A stretch of DNA of 29,172 nt from Octopus sinensis. Its lineage: Eukaryota. Below the pieces are notes generated by a model. The model had not been told where the DNA came from. It saw nothing but the letters and a program-made list of their open reading frames with translations, and made no database searches. The stretch covers positions 1-29,172 of the forward strand of contig NW_021833160.1 in the NCBI RefSeq assembly GCF_006345805.1, written 5' to 3'. Within the stretch, counting starts at the first letter, position 1; each line of letters begins with the position of its first letter. The position numbers were made by a program, and so were the translations under genes. Below are positions 21,893-29,172 of this stretch, in pieces.

Positions 21893-23160
21893 ACATATAT
21901 GTATAAACACATACGTATGTATGTGTGTGTATATATATACAACCCATATATAAATATATATATACACATATATACATATAGTATATATATACATACACAT
22001 ATATACACATATATGTATCTGTAGCATATACGCACATTATATATATTATAAACATACTTGTATGTGTATATATATATGTATATGTATAAACATATTCATA
22101 CATAAATGTATACGTATAAACACCCCCCCCACACACACATATACATACACACATTATATAATTATATATATATACTTAAATACACATGCACAAACATACA
22201 AATACACACACATATGAATATGAGAAGCAAAGGTATAATAAATTTATGTATGCAGTATATAGTTCTCAATATTCATGATTGCATTTATATCAAACTTGAC
22301 ATAACACTACACTGCACCCTGCATTATCATACAATACGATACACATATGTACGCTTTAGAAATTCTTTTGTCGTATTACTATTGGTTTCAATAACTAAAT
22401 ATACATATATACCTAACTGGATACACGAATAAATCTGTAACGTAGATATCAAAACAACACGATATTGAGGATATTTTTGTGTGTTTCGTATTTGATCATT
22501 GTTATTTATATTCTATCTTTGATTTTTGATTTTATTATTATTTTTATTATTTCCAGTTGAGAATCAAAACCTGTAAATGAATTCCAATAAATATTATGGA
22601 TAACTTCCATAGCATTCGTTATTTATAGACAGACAGTAACAGGTCTGAATAACAGCGGAACCTCGGGGTTGGGTGAGAGAAATAGAGAGAGAAAAGAATA
22701 CGTAACTAACTTATGCAAACATATATATATATACAGATACATATGTTTACGCATACATATAATATGTGTGTGTATGTGTGTGTGTGCATGATTGTGAGTG
22801 TGTGTGTGGTTGTGTGTGTGCGTGTGTATATCATTTTAGTGTTGAATGTCGGAAGAACGAGTACTCAATACCATAGAAGCATGGCCTTGTTGCTCTGGAG
22901 TTTCGCCTGAACATTCCTTGGTTCACCGAGTCATCAGGTAAGTCACGAGAAGTAATGTTCCTGATGATGACCTTGTGAACGCACAGCATTATATATATAT
23001 ATATATATATATATATACAAAAACACACATATATACATGTAAAATGTGTGTGTATTTAAATATATATTTCTATACACACACATGTTTTGCAAACAACTTT
23101 CACATGCAAGTGCGCAAGTTGTTTGCAAAACATGTGTGTGAGTGTGTGTGTGTGTGTATA

Positions 23161-23209
<49 letters not shown>

Positions 23210-23299
23210 TCACACACACACACATATTATTCTTTTAAAAGAATAACGAGAATGGCTTTTATTATAACTGAATATAAAAACAAACGTACATAAATACAA

Positions 23300-23708
23300 G
23301 ACGGCAAGCTGGCAGAATGGTTAGTACGCCGGGCGAAATAGCGGTATTTCGTCTGCCGTTACGTTCTGAGTTCAAATTCCGCCAAGGTCGACTTTGCCTT
23401 TCATTCTTTCGGGGTCGATAAATTAAGTACCAGTTACGCATTGGGGTCGATCTAATCGACTTAATTCCTTTGTCTGTATTTGTTTGTCCCCTCTATGTTT
23501 AGTTCCTTCTGGGCAATAAAGAAATAAGAATGGTTAGTACGCCGGACAAAAAAATGTATTTCTTCTACCTTCACATTTTGAGTTCAAGTTCTGCCGAGGC
23601 CGACTTTACCTTTCATTTTTTCGAGGTAATAGACGAACACATGGGTCAATTTGATTGACTTATCCTCTCCCTCGAAATTGTAGGTCTTGCGCCAAAATTT
23701 GAAATCAA
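23300..23708 (+). mobile_element. Family A SINE (CAAT tail) nested in the head of an older type-2-tail copy
   Basis: Perfect 19-bp duplication AGAATGGTTAGTACGCCGG at 23314-23332 and 23527-23545; the older copy continues to GCCAAAATTTGAAATC. Confidence 0.9.
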
Positions 23709-23804
23709 ATCACACGTACATGCGTTCACAAATAAATACTTACATACGTGCATGTACACACACATACACACACACGCGTTTGTATATATGCATGTGTTTG
23801 CCAG

Positions 23805-23990
23805 CTTTTATTTGTACCCATGCCGTTTGACATATGGTATTGGTTTACTTACGTCCTCGTAACCTAGCGGTTCTACGAAAGAGATCCGACAGAATAAGCA
23901 CCAAGCTTTATGAACTGGGGTAGATTTGAGCTGCTAGACCCTTGAAGACCCATCATGGTCGCAGTCCAATGACAGAAAGTCATAAAAAAG
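23805..23990 (+). mobile_element. CORE-like SINE 3' body, degenerate
   Basis: CGTAACCTAGCGGTTC, ACAGAATAAGCACCAAGC and CATGGTCGCAGTCCAATGAC blocks. Confidence 0.65.
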
Positions 23991-24002
23991 TATAATTATG
24001 GT

Positions 24003-24418
24003 TTCGGATTTCGGCACAAAGCCTTCAATTTTGGGGGAGGGGGCTAAGTAGATTACATCGACCCCAGTGTTCAACTGGTACGTATTTTATCGATCCTGAA
24101 AGTTTGAAAGGCAAACTAGATCTCGGCGGGATTTGAACTCAGAACGTAATGGCGGACGAAATATCGCTGCACATTTTATTCGGCGTGCTAACCATTCTGC
24201 TATTCTAAAGAATATAATAATTGCTTCAAATTTTGGCACAACGCCACTAGACTTTCTTTGGAAGTGAGTAAGTCGATTACATCAATCCCAGTGTTCAACT
24301 GGTACTTATTTTACTGACCCCGAAAGCATGAAGGGCAAAGTAGACTTCGTCGAAATTTGAACTCAGAACGTAAAGACGGACGAAATGCTGCCCGTCTTGC
24401 TAACCATTCTGCCTGCTC
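24003..24418 (-). mobile_element. Two adjacent family A SINEs with type-2 tails (24003-24201 and 24223-24418)
   Basis: Each has GATTACATC, CCCAGTGTTCAACTGGTAC, GAACTCAGAACGTAA and GCTAACCATTCTGC. Confidence 0.85.
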
Positions 24419-24687
24419 AAAAGAAGATAATGATAGAAGAACAGTGTGTCTAGGAATACGTTATCAAATGTATCATTGATTGTTTTAAAGACGGCAGTGT
24501 ATGTGAGTGAGCTGAAGACAATTTTTACTGTGACCACGGCTAGTTTCGCGGAATGTCTAGGTTTATTATTCATGTCTATACTCAGCCATGCATTGCGCAA
24601 TGCAACACCGTGTTTACATAGTAAGCTTGAGTTAATGAGGATCTTTGGAAACAAAATAAAAAGAGAGAAAGAGAGAGAAAGAAAGAA

Positions 24688-24719
<32 letters not shown>

Positions 24720-24856
24720 AGATTCAGAAAGAAATAACTGACTTTAGGAAACACTTGAAGATTTGTAAAGCATTCCGTAAGAAATATTTGCTGGAACCTA
24801 CTGGAAACAAATAACATACTGGTTTAACATAAACACAGATACCTTGTGCTGTATCA

Positions 24857-24871
24857 ACCACCACCACCACC

Positions 24872-24904
<33 letters not shown>

Positions 24905-25545
24905 CCACGTCAACTATCCCACGTCAACCACTGCTGCCACCACCACCACCACCCACCTGTACTACTACTACTACTACTTACTACTACTACTACTACTTCT
25001 ACTAATGTTGCTGCTGCTGCTACTACTACTACTACTACCCCACGTCAATCACCACCACCACCACAACTATCACCACCAACATCAACAACAACACCATCAC
25101 CACCACCAGCAACAACAACAAATCCTCCACCAACACCAACACCAGCACCACCACCAGCACCAGCACCAACACCCTTACCATTAAATGAGTTACTTAGCAA
25201 CAGGCTTTTAGATTTTTGTTTTGATTTCTTACTTTGGCACCAAATCAAACCAAACTAAACATTTGTTGTTGTTGTTGTTGTTGTTGTTGCCACCGATGTT
25301 GTTGTCGTAGTTGTTGTTGTGACTCTTGTTGTCATCGTAGTCTCGTCATGTTGTTGCTGCTGTAGTCGTTGTCGTCATCGTGATCGTCGTCGCTGCCGTT
25401 GGCATTGTTCTTGTTATTGTTTTTGTCATCGTCGTTTTATCGTCGCTAATCGTTTACGTTGTTGTTATAATCTTCTTTATATGTCGCCATCTTCTTCTTC
25501 TTCTTCTTCTTCTTCTTCTTCTTCTTCTTCTTCTTCTTCTTCTTC
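24857..25545. repeat. Compound triplet tract (CAC/CTA/CAA, then GTT/GTC/TCT)
   Basis: Directly visible. Confidence 0.9.
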
Positions 25546-26027
25546 TATCCAATCAGGACTCACGCCATTAGCCACAAAGAATAATCTCCAATTCGAGCCT
25601 ACTCTAAGCTACTAAGAATGCGTGTGGCAACTTGAAGATCCACCCACCACACGCGATAGACTGGCGGTTGCACGGGCGCGAACGCTACGTTTTTTATCCT
25701 CATTCCGTAAACGGTGGCTTTTTAACGGGTGGAGAGCTGAACCATCCTGGGTACAGAAGATTCGCAATCTAGACTAGGGTCTGAAAGTTTACCACACCAT
25801 AGTGGGCTACACCATGGTTCCTCTGCTTTGTGACAGAAGTAGGAAGAAAGAGTGAGAGAAAGTTGTGGTGAAAGAGTACAGCGGAGTTCACTACCTCACC
25901 CCGCCAGAGCTTCGTGGAGCTTAGGTGTTTTTGCTCAATAAACACTGACAATGCCCGGTCTGGGAATCGAAACCGTGTTCTTACGACCGCGAGTCCGCCG
26001 CCCTAACCAATGGGCCATTGCGCCTCC
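25490..26027 (-). mobile_element. tRNA-Arg-like SINE with an alternative 3' body and probable (GAA)n tail
   Basis: 25836-26027 is the reverse complement of about 4382-4570; the remainder is unrelated to the 3' half of that copy and ends in (GAA)n. Confidence 0.7.
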
Positions 26028-26602
26028 CGTTGTTGTTGTTGCTCTTATTGTTGTTGCTATGTAATTTCAGAACCCTTCCTTATCGAATAGTTTATCTTGT
26101 ATGCAAGTTGTCGGCCAAAAACAACGTGACGCTATCTACAAATACTGTTTTCTATTTATACCATGTCCGTGCTTAGCTAATGGTCATACTGTACACTCCA
26201 GCATATAATGAAAACCCACACAAGGTACAATGTGACACTCTACGGACATATTGCACTCGCCCTGACGTCCAGTCTTTATTTGTACGTCTGTAGATTATGG
26301 TGTAGACCACAACAGAGTCGAGAGAGGTGAATTCGGTCATAGAACGAAAGCCGCTGTTCCTTTGTTGATTGTTCTGGCCCTGGTATTTTGGAGTATTTTT
26401 TGTGATTTCTCTGTTGCGTTGTGTGTGTCAGATGAAAATAAAGGATTGAAGTAGGAGTCTAGGTGAAAGGATTGGATTTTTACAAAATGTTTTCTTGTTT
26501 TCTTGGAGTTTTCCTTTTGGGGGTTGATTTTTCAAAAGTGTCGGATAATGATGTGTGCTTGGTATTGCAGTGTATGTTATTTGAGGTTTTACTGTAACAT
26601 AA

Positions 26603-26805
26603 AGCGGTGAAATGATAGAACCATTAGCGTGCTAGATAAATTGCTTAGCGGCGTTTCTTCCAGCTCTCGAATTCCAACGACATCGACTTTACCTTTTATC
26701 TTTTCGGGTTCGATGAAATAAGTACCACTCAGGCACCGGGGTTAATATAATCGACTTACCCACCCTGTCCTCAAAAATGCTGACCTTGTGCCGAAACTGA
26801 AACTA
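26603..26805 (+). mobile_element. Old family A SINE, type-2 tail
   Basis: Degenerate head, core CGACTTTACCTTTTATCTTTTCGGGTTCGAT and tail CTGACCTTGTGCCGAAA. Confidence 0.75.
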
Positions 26806-26807
26806 AA

Positions 26808-27560
26808 GGTGGCGAGCTGGCAGGAACGTTAGCACGCCGGGCGATATGCTCTGCGGTATTTCGTCTGCCGCTACGTTCAAAGTTCAAATTCCGCCGAGGT
26901 CGACTTGGCCTTTCATCCTTTCGGGGTCGATTAAATAAGTACCAGTTACGCACTGGGATCGATATAATCGACTTAATCCGTTTGTCTGTCCTTGTTTGTC
27001 CTCTCTGGGCTTAGCCCCTTGTGGCTAGTAAAGAAATAGGTACTTCGTTTGTCTTTACGTTCTGAGTTCAAATCCCGCCGTGGTCGACTTTGCCTTTCAT
27101 CCTTTCGGGGTCGATTAAATAAGTACCAGTTGTGTACTGGGTCGATATAATCGACTTAATCCGTTTGTCTGTCCTTGTTTGTCCTCTCTGTGTTTAGCCC
27201 CTTGTGGGTAGTAAAGAAATAAGTATTTCGTTTGTCTTTACGTTCCGAGTTCAAATTCCGCCGTGGTCGACTTTGCCTTTCATCCTTTCGGGGTCGATTA
27301 AATAAGTACCAGTTGTGTACTGGGTCGATATAATCGACTTAATCCGTTTGTCTGTCCTTGTTTGTCCTCTCTTGGTTTAGCCCCTTGTGGCTAGTAAAGA
27401 AATAGGTATTTCGTTTGTCTTTACGTTCTGAGTTCAAATCCCGCCGTGGTCGACTTTGCTTTTCATCCTTTCGGAGTCGATGGAATAAGAATCAGTTTCG
27501 CACTGGCGTCGATGTAATCGATATACCTACGCCTCAATCCCACAAAAGAATTCTGATCTT
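26808..27560 (+). mobile_element. Tandem array of 4 family A SINE units (period 183-184 bp); the last unit has a different tail
   Basis: GGTATTTCG-type junction motif at 26855, 27039, 27222 and 27405. Confidence 0.92.
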
Positions 27561-27593
27561 GTATCTACTGTAGAATGGATTATTGTGACATAA

Positions 27594-28265
27594 AGCGGCG
27601 AGGCGGCAGTATCATTAGCAGGTTTAATAAATTGCTTAGCGACATTTCTTCCGGCTCTTTTCGTTCTGAATTAAACATTTAAAAAAACACTGCGGTCGAC
27701 TTTGTTTATCATCATTTCGTGGTCGATAAAATGAGTACCACACCTGTACTGGCGTTGATATTATCGACTTGTTAAAGACAGCAAGCTGGCAGAATCGTCA
27801 GCACCCCGTGCAAAATGCTTACCAGCATTTCCTGTTTTTACGGTTATGAGTTCAAATTCCGCCGAGGTCGACTTTGCCTTTCATCTTTTTCGTGGTCGAT
27901 AAATTAAGTACCAGTTGCGTACTAAGATCAATCTAATCGCCTGGCACCCCACCCCCAAATTTTAGGCATTGCGCCTAGAGCAGAAAATAAAATAAAAGAG
28001 GTAATCGACTTGTTAAGGTAGCAATCTGGCAGAATCGTTAGCACGCCGGGCGAAATGCTTAGCAGTATTTTGTCTACCGTTACGTTCTGAGTTCAAATTC
28101 CGCCGAGGTCGACTTTGCCTTTCATCTTTTCGGGGTCTATAAATTAAGTACCAGTTGAGCACTGGAGTCGATGTAATCGACTGACCCCATCCCCTCAAAT
28201 TTCGGGTCTTTTAATCGATATGCTTCTTCTCCTCAAAATTGCTGGCCTTTTGCCAAAATGAGAAT
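27594..28265 (+). mobile_element. Three further co-oriented family A SINEs (27594-27770, 27776-28003, 28017-28265)
   Basis: Each has a head and the GTCGACTTTG...CATC...GGTCGAT core; a 13-bp direct repeat ATCGACTTGTTAA at 27763-27775 and 28004-28016 flanks the middle copy. Confidence 0.85.
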
Positions 28266-28423
28266 CAGTGATAATTGTGACGTAATGACAAGGGGTTGTG
28301 ATGTGACCAGTGCTGGCTACTAATTATTCTATATCGGGTGTTACTATTAAATCTTGCAGTTTACGTTGGAGAAGTGACTTACCCGAAACTTTCAGCGCTC
28401 GATCCACTCAGTAAACTTTCTGC

Positions 28424-29075
28424 CTATTATCTTTTATCTTTTACTTGTTTCAGTCATTAAACTGTGGCCATGCTGGGGCATTGCCTTGAACAATTTGCTC
28501 TAACCGTATGAATTGACCCTAGTACTTATTTTTTTTTTATTAAACCTGTACTTATTCTAGCGGAGTCTTCTGCCGCGTTGCTAAGTTACGGGAACGTAAA
28601 CACACCAACACCGGTTGTCAATACACACACACACACAGACACATACATACATGCACACTCACAAACACACACACACACACACACACATACATATATGCCA
28701 TAGGGAGCACGCATAGCAGCGATAATCTAATTTATTACATCCAGTTCGAGCGTATCACTCAGGCTTGCGAGGAAGGGATGGCCTCCTTTTGCAAATACTC
28801 CAAGGACACAGATATTGTGTCTAAAGCCAGCTAGAGACGAAGATCTCTTGGGGCTATAAAGCTACAGTAACACCCCCTCCCCAATGTGGTTAGCCATGAT
28901 AAGATGGCTTCTATACTTTACAGTAATATATTCTTTCTCCCAAATTCACTGATAAGGCATTGGTCGGCCTGGGGGCAATAGCAAAAGTTACATACCCAAG
29001 GTGCCGCGGAGTGGGTTTGAACTCGAAATCAAGTGGTTGCAGAGCGAGATTTTTAACCGCGCAGCAATGCCTGCA
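28424..29075 (-). mobile_element. CORE-like SINE with an unidentified ~200-bp insertion (about 28698-28905) at its internal microsatellite
   Basis: 3' body at 28424-28620, (CA)n, unique sequence, then head fragment ATAAGGCATTGGTCGGCC...CCCAAGGTGCCGCGGAGTGGGTTTGAACTC. Confidence 0.75.
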
Positions 29076-29172
29076 AATGAGCTTATTTCCGTTGTGTGTG
29101 GTTTGGGGGTAATGCGTTCGTAAATGTCCCCGGTTATTTATATGGTTTGCTCTGTTCTGGCGTGTATTTTCC

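Noticed and set aside
22840-22937. Candidate exon with CAG|GTAAGT donor encoding MSEERVLNTIEAWPCCSGVSPEHSLVHRVI
   Set aside because: Poor polypyrimidine tract, no recognisable homology, and overlap with hammerhead-like remnants; not excluded without RNA data.
24589-24604. 16-bp perfect palindrome TGCATTGCGCAATGCA containing a C/EBP-type ATTGCGCAAT
   Set aside because: A single short site with no promoter context cannot be supported as regulatory.
24400-24814. Overlapping opposite-strand ORFs (84 and 122 aa) in unique sequence
   Set aside because: No motif recognised; non-ATG starts in the track; weak splice signals; part is a GAAA repeat.
28720-28800. HDV-like ribozyme on the minus strand (CATCC, CTT-CCTCGC-AAG, GGATG)
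   Set aside because: P2- and P3-like pairings exist, but no P1 or P1.1 could be built and L3 and J4/2 are non-canonical.

Overview
AT-rich eukaryotic, repeat-dominated window with no bacterial features and no recognisable intact host gene; probably intronic or intergenic. From recall of the SINE families and microsatellite style it is most likely an Octopus genome (inference, not searched). Contents: about 21 units of one tRNA-derived SINE (called family A here), including two 4-unit tandem arrays; several CORE-like SINEs with an internal microsatellite; tRNA-Arg-like and tRNA-Ser-like SINEs; a full-length but frameshifted D34D mariner (7712-8983); a decayed hAT transposase next to a MITE with 75-bp TIRs; two copies of a LINE 3' end, both inside (CTAT)n; a 1.95-kb 37-bp minisatellite; a 166-bp, 98% identical inverted duplication; and many microsatellites. 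Nearly all long ORFs in the supplied track are repeat artefacts. Most notable: (1) a type I hammerhead ribozyme with an intact catalytic core at 3143-3240 (minus strand), plus several variant or decayed hammerhead motifs in short microsatellite-embedded, Penelope-like elements; (2) family A has two tail variants, each followed by a different sequence (AGAA or GGTAT) that also occurs in its own head, which would explain its self-nesting and tandem arrays; this tail is homologous to the 3' end of the (CTAT)n-embedded LINE. All alignments and folds were done by eye.
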